DNA of 64,000 bases from a virus (IMGVR_UViG_3300028914_000001:349489-413488); one strand, 5' to 3'. Positions 45,147-54,939 are shown, numbered from the stretch's first letter. A program made the numbers and translations. Notes: generated by a model not told the origin, from the sequence alone.

Positions 45147-45638
45147 ATGGCCCAGAGTATCGAAGAACAAATTGCAATCATGAAGGCGTATGTCGAGGGA
45201 AAGCCTATATACATGAGGCATATAGACAGCGGTAACCCCATCGGAACACAGGTCGAACCTACTGGCCACCAATTCAACTTTGAAGGTTGTGAATATTCGC
45301 TAATCCCCATGGACTGGTGTACGGGGAAGGATGCGGACGCTGCCTATTCCACTCTACTTCGTTACGGCACTGGACATGATGATGTACCGCAGACCTATTC
45401 GATTACCCGCTCGGCACCGCACCCGTATAAAGAAGGGGAGAAGCTGACCTATGATATGTCCGCCATAGACGTTGTCGATGTATATCCCATATTCATAGCT
45501 GGAGCAGAATGGGTTCTCAAAAACATGGATAACGGTATTGACTTTCAGAAATCGCTTGAAGAGTTCCGCAAGGAACGACAGGAAATGCAAGCTAATGAGT
45601 ATAATGCATGTCACCGTGCATTACACGCATGGAGATAA
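45147..45638 (+). CDS. Hypothetical phage protein
   Basis: AGGAGG RBS. Confidence 0.7.
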   Translation: MAQSIEEQIAIMKAYVEGKPIYMRHIDSGNPIGTQVEPTGHQFNFEGCEYSLIPMDWCTGKDADAAYSTLLRYGTGHDDVPQTYSITRSAPHPYKEGEKLTYDMSAIDVVDVYPIFIAGAEWVLKNMDNGIDFQKSLEEFRKERQEMQANEYNACHRALHAWR

Positions 45639-45642
45639 CCGA

Positions 45643-45843
45643 ATGAACGAAGACAACTACTACGACTTTCTAACTAAAATGACTTTCAAGGCGCCCCACG
45701 AGGTCACCCAAGCAATCTACGAACACTGGATGAACACCCCGAAGGACAACATCCTTGTCAACCTGTCCGCTTCCGTGGATTCCCTCCATAAGGCGAATAT
45801 CGAGAAATCAAAGAAGATTTGGAAACTTTTCCTTTCCCTGTAA
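45643..45843 (+). CDS. Hypothetical protein
   Basis: GGAG RBS. Confidence 0.55.
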   Translation: MNEDNYYDFLTKMTFKAPHEVTQAIYEHWMNTPKDNILVNLSASVDSLHKANIEKSKKIWKLFLSL

Positions 45844-45857
45844 CCGAGGTACGAACA

Positions 45858-46310
45858 ATGGTAAGAAACATTATTTCAAACCAGGATGTTGACGACATCA
45901 TTTCCCACACGGTTGGCATCATCGACTCATTCCTCAGGAAATACGGAGCGCCGCATATCGACCCCGTATTCGTTGAGGAACACGTCAGTAAGGTATCGGG
46001 TTCGGAACCCCTGCAGTATCAGGACGAGCTTATATACGAGATTGTGTATAAGGACGGCGTAAAGTTGAACGACACTGCTACTATCCAGAAGGTGTCCATC
46101 ATCATTGAAGGAACTAGCGACAATGAGCCTTCCCGCTACATCAAGGCCGAGGTCGTGAGGAAGCCGACGTGCAAGGATAAATTCCTCGGTACGTGGAAAC
46201 TCAACAACATGGCTGAGTTTAGAACGATGCTCAAGGAAATGATGGACGGTTCTGTATCAGAACCATCGTATTCCCTTCCTCATCTTCTGTTCTTCCGTAG
46301 GATTGACTAG
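45858..46310 (+). CDS. Hypothetical protein
   Basis: GAGG RBS. Confidence 0.65.
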   Translation: MVRNIISNQDVDDIISHTVGIIDSFLRKYGAPHIDPVFVEEHVSKVSGSEPLQYQDELIYEIVYKDGVKLNDTATIQKVSIIIEGTSDNEPSRYIKAEVVRKPTCKDKFLGTWKLNNMAEFRTMLKEMMDGSVSEPSYSLPHLLFFRRID

Positions 46311-46313
46311 CCT

Positions 46314-46499
46314 ATGACCGACTCCGAAATACCAAGAATATGCCGTGACTGCAAGTATTGCCGACGCTACCAACATATATCCGACTGGATGCCGCAATGG
46401 TTGCCATGGAAATACAAATGCGAAAACTCTGACCCATCTCCCAAGGAGTGGTCATACGAAAAGAATGACTATGTATGCAACAAAAAAGAAAAGATTTAA
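46314..46499 (+). CDS. Small Cys-rich protein
   Basis: CRDCKYC...C...C. Confidence 0.5.
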   Translation: MTDSEIPRICRDCKYCRRYQHISDWMPQWLPWKYKCENSDPSPKEWSYEKNDYVCNKKEKI

Positions 46500-46518
46500 T
46501 AAATATGGGTTTGTCTCC

Positions 46519-46547
46519 TTGACAAACCTTTATTTATTGTGTATATT
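46519..46547 (+). promoter_or_regulatory. Sigma70-like promoter TTGACA-N17-TATATT
   Basis: Exact motif. Confidence 0.8.
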
Positions 46548-46553
46548 TTGGAC

Positions 46554-47246
46554 ATGCGTATATTTTCAAAATTCAGAGACTATTATGACAGTGCGTTGAG
46601 CGTGTTCAACGACCCGACCATCGTGTATGAAAGGCATACCCGCATGGAAACCGTAACCACCAGCAAGGAATTGCCTACCCACATCTGCTTGGGCAAGAAC
46701 GATGGGTTTGACGTATTTAACCATAATGAAACCCTGTTCCACATCGGCTTTTGCGGAAAGTGGTTCCATTGCTGCGGCCATCAAGACAGGAATACGCTCA
46801 AGACAACGTATATCTATGTGGACCAGGCGGAAATCCCGCATTTGCTCCCTTGGTACAGTCAGGGCAATGCTGTCTTAGACATGAATGCCGACCCGTTCTG
46901 GAACCGGGACGTCTTCGTCAAGTTCAACTCCCCGATTCTCGCCGTCGGATATTCCCCGAGGAAGTCCACCCCGACCAGTGACAAATATGCCTACAACGTG
47001 ATTGTGAACCCTCAGCTCACCTGCGTCGACATGACAGAGCTCGTGCCGAACAGCTATCAAGAGGAGGACATCAGGTTCGTGACCAGGCTCGACCCGTTCA
47101 CGGCGATGCAGGAACTTGAAATGTTCATTGGCAACGTACTCACAAACAACACCTCGCCCACGATGCCTGTCGGCACTGACGACCAGATTAGGGACTCCAA
47201 GGGTTTCGACAAGTGGAGTTTCCGAAAGATGAAGGAAAAGAAATGA
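46554..47246 (+). CDS. Conserved large-phage hypothetical protein (leaderless start)
   Basis: MRIFSKFRDYYD...DPFTAMQELEMF...KGFDKWSFRK; ATG 6 nt after the -10 box. Confidence 0.7.
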   Translation: MRIFSKFRDYYDSALSVFNDPTIVYERHTRMETVTTSKELPTHICLGKNDGFDVFNHNETLFHIGFCGKWFHCCGHQDRNTLKTTYIYVDQAEIPHLLPWYSQGNAVLDMNADPFWNRDVFVKFNSPILAVGYSPRKSTPTSDKYAYNVIVNPQLTCVDMTELVPNSYQEEDIRFVTRLDPFTAMQELEMFIGNVLTNNTSPTMPVGTDDQIRDSKGFDKWSFRKMKEKK

Positions 47247-47383
47247 AACTTATCGTAGCTGCGACAATGGCGTTTTTGTTCATGGCCTGTTCCGTAACCG
47301 AGAGCAAGCCTGTCAAAGAACTTGAAATTTTCCATCCGCAGCGAACTGTTGCGGACACCACTAGAATCATGGAGGAACTATGA
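47243..47383 (+). CDS. Small putative lipoprotein (46 aa, below ORF-track cutoff)
   Basis: MKLIVAATMAFLFMAC lipobox; ATGA overlaps at both ends. Confidence 0.6.
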   Translation: MKLIVAATMAFLFMACSVTESKPVKELEIFHPQRTVADTTRIMEEL

Positions 47384-47829
47384 GCTGGTTTTCCAGAAAG
47401 CGCAAGAACCACTATATTGCCGTCATAACGAAGTATAATGAAAGGGAGCCGTTGAAAAACACGATATGCTTGTGTATCGAGCTTGACAACCTCGTCAAAG
47501 CAAAGAATCTTATCCTAAACCAAATCAGGGTAAATATCTTAATCGACCATGCGCCAGCTATGGAGGATGACCCCGATGGCCAGAAAACGAAACGTTGCAT
47601 AAAGGCGCTGCACTTCGAAGCAAACGGGGAAACCCTTCACGGGGAAAATGCGCTGCAGGCGATAGGGGAAGCTCTCATCCCTTCATCAAGCTTCGAGACG
47701 GCTAAGGAGCGTGACGAATACTACGAGAACTTTGCCTCTACATCGCTTAGTTTCTGCACCATCGACGACCACATGATGAGAAGCGTATACGGTGTATTCC
47801 TTAGGTTAAGACGAGACGGCGAGGCATAA
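47380..47829 (+). CDS. Hypothetical protein
   Basis: GGAGG RBS. Confidence 0.65.
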   Translation: MSWFSRKRKNHYIAVITKYNEREPLKNTICLCIELDNLVKAKNLILNQIRVNILIDHAPAMEDDPDGQKTKRCIKALHFEANGETLHGENALQAIGEALIPSSSFETAKERDEYYENFASTSLSFCTIDDHMMRSVYGVFLRLRRDGEA

Positions 47830-47831
47830 AT

Positions 47832-48056
47832 ATGTCAAATGGCTACTATCTAGTAGAGCATACCACATCCGATTTCAACCGTTTTTGCATCGTCAGGGCG
47901 GCAAACCCGTCGGAAGCTAAGAGGATTGCCAAGAAGCAGAACTACGACCCTCTATGGCGCCCAGGGTTCGAGAAGTTCAAGCTGAGGGAGTTTAAGGCGA
48001 CCCCGATTGAAAAACTCGATATGATGAAATCGGGCTGCTCCTTATGTTTCGGATAA
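47832..48056 (+). CDS. Hypothetical protein
   Basis: GAGG RBS. Confidence 0.55.
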   Translation: MSNGYYLVEHTTSDFNRFCIVRAANPSEAKRIAKKQNYDPLWRPGFEKFKLREFKATPIEKLDMMKSGCSLCFG

Positions 48057-48083
48057 TTTTCTTACATTTTCTCCATATACCTC

Positions 48084-48112
48084 TTGACAGTGCTGTATTA
48101 TTTATGTATATT
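48084..48112 (+). promoter_or_regulatory. Sigma70-like promoter TTGACA-N17-TATATT
   Basis: Exact motif. Confidence 0.8.
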
Positions 48113-48146
48113 ATTTTCAAAATAACACTCAATATGGAGAAACATC

Positions 48147-48614
48147 ATGGACAAGGAACTACTTGAGGCTATCGAGAAGCAGAACAAGCTTACCGCCGAA
48201 GTCATGGAACAGGCTGCCACGCTCCGTCTGTCCGTAGCCGACCTCGAAAACAGAAACCAGCAGATGGCTCAGGAACTCGAATCCCTCCGCAAGATGCATT
48301 ACAACAACGCCAAGCTGATGCAGTCCCGCCTGCTCTCACAGTGGGGGCTCCGTGTCCGTTACGCCCGTGCGATGCATCGCCTGTTCGAATCCAAGTTCCG
48401 TGATGGAAAGGAAAAACTGTATACTTTCGACGGCTGCGGTCCGTACAAGTCCGTATCCGATACTCCGAGGGAACTGCTCTCTGTCGGCGAATGGGTCCTG
48501 ATTTGGTACGAGGTAGAAAAGCGTGTTACGAAACGCTACCAGATGTTCGCAGAAAGCATCAAGCGTATCCGTGAATCTGAAAAGAGGAAAAAAGATGAAA
48601 AAGAAATCAAGTAA
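48147..48614 (+). CDS. Coiled-coil hypothetical protein
   Basis: GGAG RBS. Confidence 0.7.
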   Translation: MDKELLEAIEKQNKLTAEVMEQAATLRLSVADLENRNQQMAQELESLRKMHYNNAKLMQSRLLSQWGLRVRYARAMHRLFESKFRDGKEKLYTFDGCGPYKSVSDTPRELLSVGEWVLIWYEVEKRVTKRYQMFAESIKRIRESEKRKKDEKEIK

Positions 48615-49032
48615 ATCACCGTCGTTCAAGGTGCTCTTACACGAGTTTGACCAAATCAAGTTCGTCAACATTTTTGAACTTCCACAGTTTGCCGCCCTGA
48701 TGAAGGCATTGAAAAAGCTCAAGAAGAAGCTTTACGCATGCTATGGAAAGGATGACGCCAAGTTCCAGAAAATCGTCAGTTCGATTATTTGTAGCGAAGC
48801 AGTCGTCAATTCGATTGTGGGCAAAAAGGGAAAGGCCGCCAAGCTCACTCCCGAGGACCTTATCGAACATGAACTTCGCAATAAGTGCATGTATTTCTTC
48901 TGGGCCAAGTGCGAGTACGAGGTCGTCGTCACGGGATGGCCCAACACCGATATCGAAAAGAAAATCGACGTTTACCTGCAGTTGGCCGCCAACTGGGATG
49001 TTTTCAAACAACTTGTATTCGAGGCAATCTAA
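48595..49032 (+). CDS. Conserved phage hypothetical protein
   Basis: MYFFWAKCEYEVVV...KKIDVY.Q motif. Confidence 0.65.
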   Translation: MKKKSSKSPSFKVLLHEFDQIKFVNIFELPQFAALMKALKKLKKKLYACYGKDDAKFQKIVSSIICSEAVVNSIVGKKGKAAKLTPEDLIEHELRNKCMYFFWAKCEYEVVVTGWPNTDIEKKIDVYLQLAANWDVFKQLVFEAI

Positions 49033-49177
49033 TGAACAACCAACATGAACTCCTGACATATGCCCGTCCCTCAAACATGGAAGTAGCCCAGCGTTTGAAC
49101 AAAATTTTCATCAACTCCTGTTACGACAGGTTTGTAGCCAGTCCCAAATTCCATCTTTATGAAGCGAAGAAATAACT

Positions 49178-49606
49178 ATGTTCGGACCCTTTGGAAGAAA
49201 AGCGAGAAAAGAAGCTAGCGAACGCCTTGGGTTCGAGGTTACGCTGTGGATGGAAATACGGGCTCAAGCAGAAGTGTTTGCCAGGTGGGTATATAACAAA
49301 ATTTTCCCCACAAAACAAATTCTCATCTCCATGTACTACAACATGATTAACCATTTCGCTTCTCCCGAAAAGGCTTACAAGTACATGAATGACAGCGGCA
49401 TCGTCAAGGTAAAGCGTGGCTGGAACAAGATTACCGTATGGGCTAAGCGTCCCGGTATCTTCATCGGCCCTGCTGGCAGGGAAGTCTACTATCTCGAAGA
49501 GAAGCTCTGCAAGAAGATAATCGTGAAGGAACACAGGAACCTGAATGCAGTCGAAAAGGCGTACGAACACATGGCGTTCGTCTGTGCCTATCACGACGAA
49601 TACTAA
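49178..49606 (+). CDS. Type II KH-domain protein resembling the ribosomal protein S3 N-domain
   Basis: ITVWAKRPGIFIGPAGREV vs S3 VTIHTARPGIVIGKKGEDV. Confidence 0.65.
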   Translation: MFGPFGRKARKEASERLGFEVTLWMEIRAQAEVFARWVYNKIFPTKQILISMYYNMINHFASPEKAYKYMNDSGIVKVKRGWNKITVWAKRPGIFIGPAGREVYYLEEKLCKKIIVKEHRNLNAVEKAYEHMAFVCAYHDEY

Positions 49607-49617
49607 CGGAGGTTAAA

Positions 49618-49917
49618 ATGAATTTCATCTCTCTCACATATAGCCTGAATACAGAACACACTACATACGACTGGGTTGAATTTCTTAACGCATTCAAGGC
49701 CCTTGGCGACTGGCACCATCCGATTGAACCCATGTGGCTCCTATGCACGGAGCTTACTGTGGAAGAGGTTTACCAGAAGATAACCAAGGTCGCCGATAAA
49801 TGTTTCGAAATTTATCACATAACTGAATTCAATCCACGAAATATGCACGGTTGCCTGCTGAGCCAGACATGGGCGTGGATAAAGGAAAAGGTGGATAAAG
49901 TCTATGGCCAGTCCTAA
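49618..49917 (+). CDS. Small protein, possibly ferredoxin-like fold (Cas2/VapD-like)
   Basis: LTYSL...FKALGDWHHPIEPMWLLCT.LT.EEVY. Confidence 0.45.
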   Translation: MNFISLTYSLNTEHTTYDWVEFLNAFKALGDWHHPIEPMWLLCTELTVEEVYQKITKVADKCFEIYHITEFNPRNMHGCLLSQTWAWIKEKVDKVYGQS

Positions 49918-50176
49918 CCATGTTCGCATCGTAGGCTCAACTTACCTCGTGTTCACCGAGGCTGGACTGAACGCAGCCTTGTATGAAGTATGCAAGGATG
50001 GCGGCACTACCCGAAAGCAGTGCAGAGAGATGCTGCGATACCGTGACGGAAAATATCCGTCTTTAATCCAGTTCGTCGACCTTTCGTTCGAATTGATGAA
50101 GGTCTTTATGTACCGCCGTGACCTTACCAAGGACGAGGCGGATGTTTTATACAATTCAATCGGTGAAGTAAAATGA
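49904..50176 (+). CDS. Hypothetical protein
   Basis: Operon overlap. Confidence 0.55.
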   Translation: MASPNHVRIVGSTYLVFTEAGLNAALYEVCKDGGTTRKQCREMLRYRDGKYPSLIQFVDLSFELMKVFMYRRDLTKDEADVLYNSIGEVK

Positions 50177-51018
50177 AACTAATTTCTTTGGACACTATAC
50201 TGTACAAATTTGGCAAGGCTCCGGCAAAGGACAACTTCGGATTCATTCCCGACAAGCCGAGAAAGAAGGCTTTGAAGCTCCGTGCGCAGCTTGAAGACAT
50301 CAAGTTCGACTTGAACCCGTACAAGCATGGATATCTCCGTTTTGGAGAACTGTTCGAGCTTACTTGCCGTAACTATACTGCTGAACAGCTTACAAAGCCC
50401 GAGGACCCGCTGTACGCCTGCTATGTACAGGTGAGATTGAAGCCAGAGGAAGGATGCACACATCGTCTGGTGGAAATGTGTCGTAGAATCCTGTCCGTAG
50501 GCGACAAGAACTCGAAAGGGCTGGATTGCTGGTTCCCCTCATGGCAACTTGCATGCACCGACATTTACGAATCCATGGTGGACTATCTCAACAAGTTCCT
50601 CAAACATTTAATTGCTCTCTACGATAGACTATTCGAAGTCCAGGGATTGCCCGATAATATCGGTCTCTCATCTGAGTACTGCAAGGAGACGAATAGGCAC
50701 GAGTTCCGCCTTGAAATCAGGCCGAAGGATGTCAAACCGATTCTCAATTTTTACGCTGCCGACGGATGGTGCGCAGACGCATTGAAGGAATACCGAGAAT
50801 ACCTCGTCGAGTGCCTTGCCAAGGCTGCTGGCCAAACTATCACTCCGTGGGAACCCGTCGCTTTCGTCAGGCCCATCTTTGTCCACGTTGCCGTCCTGGA
50901 TAAAAAGAAAGCAAAAGAGAAGCTGGAAAACGAGTGCAAGGATGTCATCAAGGATATCACGGCAAAGTCCAACGAACTCATGATAACCAACGCCCATAAC
51001 AAGAAGGACAAGAAATGA
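50173..51018 (+). CDS. Hypothetical protein
   Basis: 281 aa, ATGA overlaps. Confidence 0.7.
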   Translation: MKLISLDTILYKFGKAPAKDNFGFIPDKPRKKALKLRAQLEDIKFDLNPYKHGYLRFGELFELTCRNYTAEQLTKPEDPLYACYVQVRLKPEEGCTHRLVEMCRRILSVGDKNSKGLDCWFPSWQLACTDIYESMVDYLNKFLKHLIALYDRLFEVQGLPDNIGLSSEYCKETNRHEFRLEIRPKDVKPILNFYAADGWCADALKEYREYLVECLAKAAGQTITPWEPVAFVRPIFVHVAVLDKKKAKEKLENECKDVIKDITAKSNELMITNAHNKKDKK

Positions 51019-51431
51019 GTTTTCAGCCGAATATTGAGTTCCCTCTCCGTCTTGAAATGGAGGGGAATCCCTACAAGTGGATTCCTTTCCGTGATTCCGA
51101 CGGTATCTACAAGCTTCCGTGCCACAGTGACGGATACGATGCGGACTATCTGGTTACCGACGGGCATTGGCACTACGAGATATACAACATGGGCGGAAAG
51201 CGACAAATGGGCGACATCGCCCATCTGCCGTATTCCTACTGGTTCTCCAAGCCGTTAGACAGGAATAGACGCATGAACAACCACGAGTGCCCTCTCGTGA
51301 TGGAATACGGCGTCGAGTATCTCGTATGTATGAATTGGAGCAAACTTACATTCATTAGTATCGAAGGCCTGATGAAAGACGCCAACCCGATTTCATACTG
51401 GTACGACGACAAAGACCTTTTTCATATTTAG
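51015..51431 (+). CDS. Hypothetical protein
   Basis: Operon. Confidence 0.65.
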   Translation: MSFQPNIEFPLRLEMEGNPYKWIPFRDSDGIYKLPCHSDGYDADYLVTDGHWHYEIYNMGGKRQMGDIAHLPYSYWFSKPLDRNRRMNNHECPLVMEYGVEYLVCMNWSKLTFISIEGLMKDANPISYWYDDKDLFHI

Positions 51432-51440
51432 GGGTTACCC

Positions 51441-51815
51441 ATGAAAGAAGAAGAATTTTTACGAATGGCAAAAACATACGGCGTCCGTGTAGGTGCCGAA
51501 AAGACACATCCTGATTTCCCTGAAAGGGATTTTCGGGAACTCGTTCTGGCCGACATCCACATTGGCGTCATCAATTACCAGACGCATTTTGGCGACCCAG
51601 ATAAGTCGGGCCGCTATGTTGTCATCCAACCCGACCCGTACAGGATTCTCCGGGTGGATGACGAATGCAAGGTTGATGACATCACCGAGGAAAAGTTCGT
51701 CGCCATGCTTCGCCGTCATGACATGTTCAGCTCTGAAAAGATTCTCAACATGATGGATAGGCTGGCTGGTTATCTCGATGATGTAATGGCAATGAAACGC
51801 AAGCTGGATGGATGA
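51441..51815 (+). CDS. Hypothetical protein
   Basis: Operon. Confidence 0.65.
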   Translation: MKEEEFLRMAKTYGVRVGAEKTHPDFPERDFRELVLADIHIGVINYQTHFGDPDKSGRYVVIQPDPYRILRVDDECKVDDITEEKFVAMLRRHDMFSSEKILNMMDRLAGYLDDVMAMKRKLDG

Positions 51816-51823
51816 GGTAAGAT

Positions 51824-52216
51824 ATGTACAATTATTTCAAAGGCGGCGAACAGTACCGCTATGCCGACCGTCCAATCATCGTTACAATCCCCGAGGGAAG
51901 CCCGCATTATGGGGAGCACTGTACCGACTACCACTACATTTCCAAGACGAAAATCGAGCTGTCCAAAAGGTTCTATGAACTCTTCGGCATCCATATCGAC
52001 TGGACGACATTCCGTCCGCAATATAAGGGTGAAGAACATGGATTGTACCCGTCATCAGTCAGATTCTGGCTCCCTAACGAGGATATAACGCAGACTCCCT
52101 ACAACACGCTTGGATTCTCCCGCCCATTCCGAAGATACCTGGCAAAAACCAAGAAGATTGAACTGATGCGAGAAGATTCGATGTTCTACGATATTTTCAT
52201 CAACGGGGACTTGTAA
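51824..52216 (+). CDS. Hypothetical protein
   Basis: GAGG RBS. Confidence 0.65.
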   Translation: MYNYFKGGEQYRYADRPIIVTIPEGSPHYGEHCTDYHYISKTKIELSKRFYELFGIHIDWTTFRPQYKGEEHGLYPSSVRFWLPNEDITQTPYNTLGFSRPFRRYLAKTKKIELMREDSMFYDIFINGDL

Positions 52217-52259
52217 TGCCGAGAATCGAAATGATTTTCGGTTTTTTCATATCTATGTC

Positions 52260-52288
52260 TTGCAAAACCCGATTAAATATACTATATT
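52260..52288 (+). promoter_or_regulatory. Sigma70-like promoter TTGCAA-N17-TATATT
   Basis: Motif and spacing. Confidence 0.65.
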
Positions 52289-52325
52289 CTATCGTGGAAT
52301 CATTTTTAAACCTAGGAGAAATTCT

Positions 52326-52718
52326 ATGAATGCAACACTAATTTTAGCTTGGGTGCTCTTTGCAGCTTGGATTGCACTTCAGGTATATATCAGACTGCAA
52401 CCTAAAACTCATATCGTTACGGATTTTAGCAAGCTGCTCTGTTGTAATCAGTACGAACAAGCCGTTTACTTGCTTAAAAACAGCAACAAGAAGCATCTTG
52501 CCTGTGAACTGAAAGGCATTATGAAGGATGCCAAGAAAAAGGACCTCAAAGGCTATTGTAATCCGGCGTGTAGTCAAAAGTGCCGCTACCGTTTCGCATA
52601 CGAGCTGTATCTCATGTTTGTCGGGGAATTGAAAGTCAAGGCAGACTATCTTGACCAATGTGAGCTCGATGAAGGGAGAAGAGACTATATCGAACGACTT
52701 AAAGCTATCGTAGGGTAA
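52326..52718 (+). CDS. Membrane-anchored hypothetical protein
   Basis: AGGAG RBS; N-terminal TM. Confidence 0.65.
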   Translation: MNATLILAWVLFAAWIALQVYIRLQPKTHIVTDFSKLLCCNQYEQAVYLLKNSNKKHLACELKGIMKDAKKKDLKGYCNPACSQKCRYRFAYELYLMFVGELKVKADYLDQCELDEGRRDYIERLKAIVG

Positions 52719-52721
52719 TGT

Positions 52722-53012
52722 ATGGTGAATTACAAAGAACTCAAATCCACAGAAGAAATCGAAGACGTGTTCGGTAAGCGTCGTGGCATCACTTTTCGTT
52801 GCGGGAATTGCCACTGTGCATTCATTCAGGACATGCGTCACATCCGCTTTTATGAATCCGTAAAGGGCGAGTCCAGCCTTTGGGACCGCCGTACATACGT
52901 TGTCAAGACGGAATGCCCTACATGTAAGCAGGAATTGTCCGTGGTTGCCGATAGTGAGTTGGCAATCAATCCCCGTGACTACTGGAAAGACAAACTCAAG
53001 GAGCGTAGATAA
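52722..53012 (+). CDS. Zn-ribbon protein
   Basis: CGNC...CPTC. Confidence 0.6.
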   Translation: MVNYKELKSTEEIEDVFGKRRGITFRCGNCHCAFIQDMRHIRFYESVKGESSLWDRRTYVVKTECPTCKQELSVVADSELAINPRDYWKDKLKERR

Positions 53013-53920
53013 TGCAAGCGTTCATCCTATCAGACATTCACCCCGATGTATGGTTCTCCTGTGCGAACAAGCCGTCCATGCTGCGTGATGACGACCCGAA
53101 GGAAGAAGTCGTAGTCAAGACGATGGAGCATCTGTGGGACAAGTTCGATTATCCTATAATCGACGCTATCATCGTTGCCGGGGACATCGCAAACGACTAC
53201 CTCACCTACACCCGTGCAGTAAAGTGGTTGTCCAGCAAGTACAAGGAAGTCTACCTCTGTCTAGGGAACCACGATATCCTCGTCCGTGGCGCTACACCGT
53301 CCAAGTCGAACCTCCCGTTCAAGACATCCGAAGAAAAGATTGCCGCAATACAGAAGTTCTGTGGCTCTCTCGGGAATGTACATCTGCTCGAAGGCAGGAA
53401 CATGGACAACATCTATGGCTGCATGGGCATGTGCGACTTCCAGGTTGAAGCGGCATCGTTCGGACACAACAAGAAGCTTCTCTGGAAGCGTGAATGGTTT
53501 GACGGAAACTACTGGCGATACTTCAAGCAAGACCCAGATGCCATCTGGGCCCACTACGACAAGATGATGACCGAGCTTGTCGAGAAGCAGCCAGCAGTCA
53601 TGATGACCCACTTCGCCCCATACGAAGTAGGCGTGAACTTCGAGTATCGCAATAGCCCGCTGAACACATTCTTCTACTTCAACGGGAAGAAGTATTTCGA
53701 CATGCTCGACCATGACGCAGTCTGGATTTGCGGCCATGTCCACGACAAGAAGATTTGCGAATACGAGAACGCAAAGGGAAAGATTATCAAGATTCTGTGC
53801 AACCCGAACGGGTATCCGGGGGAACACCGAGACTTCGCCGACACAATGACCATCGTCGGAGATAAATTGAAACGTGGCAGCTGTCGTGTTTCCAACGAAG
53901 ACTTCATAATTACAATCTAA
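53012..53920 (+). CDS. Calcineurin-like metallophosphoesterase
   Basis: SDIH, AGDIAN, LGNHD, THFAP, CGHVH. Confidence 0.9.
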   Translation: MQAFILSDIHPDVWFSCANKPSMLRDDDPKEEVVVKTMEHLWDKFDYPIIDAIIVAGDIANDYLTYTRAVKWLSSKYKEVYLCLGNHDILVRGATPSKSNLPFKTSEEKIAAIQKFCGSLGNVHLLEGRNMDNIYGCMGMCDFQVEAASFGHNKKLLWKREWFDGNYWRYFKQDPDAIWAHYDKMMTELVEKQPAVMMTHFAPYEVGVNFEYRNSPLNTFFYFNGKKYFDMLDHDAVWICGHVHDKKICEYENAKGKIIKILCNPNGYPGEHRDFADTMTIVGDKLKRGSCRVSNEDFIITI

Positions 53921-53931
53921 GGAAAATCAAA

Positions 53932-54270
53932 ATGATTTACACACTAGAAGTTACAAAAGTACTCTTCTCGCTCATTATTATCGTCCTCGTAGGTTTGTTT
54001 ATAAGTTCCTTTATATTCAATAAGGACTATGTATCAAAGGTATCTAAGGTCTGTACCTATATCATTGCCGTGTCAACAATCGCCCTGTTCATTGAAGTAG
54101 GAACAAGATACCATTACTTGGGATACAAACTGGTCAAGGATGATGGTCATGTGTGCCAGCCTCCTACATTCGTAATTGACTCGACAAAATATAATGGAGA
54201 CTTCATTTACGAGAACGACAAGTTCTATATTAAGAGAACAGGCACCAATACAGTAATAATCGCAAGATAA
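53932..54270 (+). CDS. Two-TM membrane protein
   Basis: Hydrophobic segments. Confidence 0.6.
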   Translation: MIYTLEVTKVLFSLIIIVLVGLFISSFIFNKDYVSKVSKVCTYIIAVSTIALFIEVGTRYHYLGYKLVKDDGHVCQPPTFVIDSTKYNGDFIYENDKFYIKRTGTNTVIIAR

Positions 54271-54281
54271 GGAAGGTTAAA

Positions 54282-54668
54282 ATGACCGATATCGAACTCG
54301 CATCGCAGCGTGGCCTTACCCCCGGCGCCTTCGTAAGGCATTTCAAGCGTGAAACACTCAGTAAAGAGGAACTAAAAAAGAATCCTCTTATGTACCTCTA
54401 CCAGATTGTAGGCATCGCTGAGCATACCGAGAGCAAGGAGATGCTCATGGTTTACAGGGCTCTCTACGGAAAGCCCACGTTCTGTGCCCGTCCTCTCTCG
54501 ATGTTCATGAGCGAAGTTGAGAAGGATAAGTACCCGTACATCAAGCAGAAGTATCGTTTTGAAGCAGACCCTTGCCCGTGCTATACCTGCAAGTGCCATT
54601 GCCAGAACGGATGCAAGGAACAGCGTGACTGGAACGAAGTTTACTCACGAGTTGCCGAAGGGCGTTAA
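54282..54668 (+). CDS. DUF1653-family protein with Cys-rich tail
   Basis: RHFK...AEHTES...VYRALYG...ARPLSMFMSEV...QKYRFE. Confidence 0.8.
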   Translation: MTDIELASQRGLTPGAFVRHFKRETLSKEELKKNPLMYLYQIVGIAEHTESKEMLMVYRALYGKPTFCARPLSMFMSEVEKDKYPYIKQKYRFEADPCPCYTCKCHCQNGCKEQRDWNEVYSRVAEGR

Positions 54669-54670
54669 CA

Positions 54671-54937
54671 ATGGAAGTTGAAACCCTTGAAATCCCGTGG
54701 AAGACATTCGCTGAGGAACTTCCTAAACGGAATGTATGGATTTGGGTCACTGGCCCAAAGGATGGGTTCATTGATGCGTCCAAGACGACTCTCATGCCGA
54801 ACTACAACAATAAGGACGAGATGATTCCTGACGGATATAATTTCCACTACGAGCGCCATATCCGCTACCTCAAAAGCAGCATGAATTGGAAATGGTGCCA
54901 TGTCAGCGATATCAAATCAAAGCTAATGAAGGTATAA
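54671..54937 (+). CDS. Hypothetical protein
   Basis: Operon. Confidence 0.55.
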   Translation: MEVETLEIPWKTFAEELPKRNVWIWVTGPKDGFIDASKTTLMPNYNNKDEMIPDGYNFHYERHIRYLKSSMNWKWCHVSDIKSKLMKV

Positions 54938-54939
54938 CC

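Noticed and set aside
21060-48395. GTTCGAATCC T-loop-like strings near 21064 and 48383 as tRNA genes
   Set aside because: Both lie inside well-supported CDSs and no cloverleaf is evident
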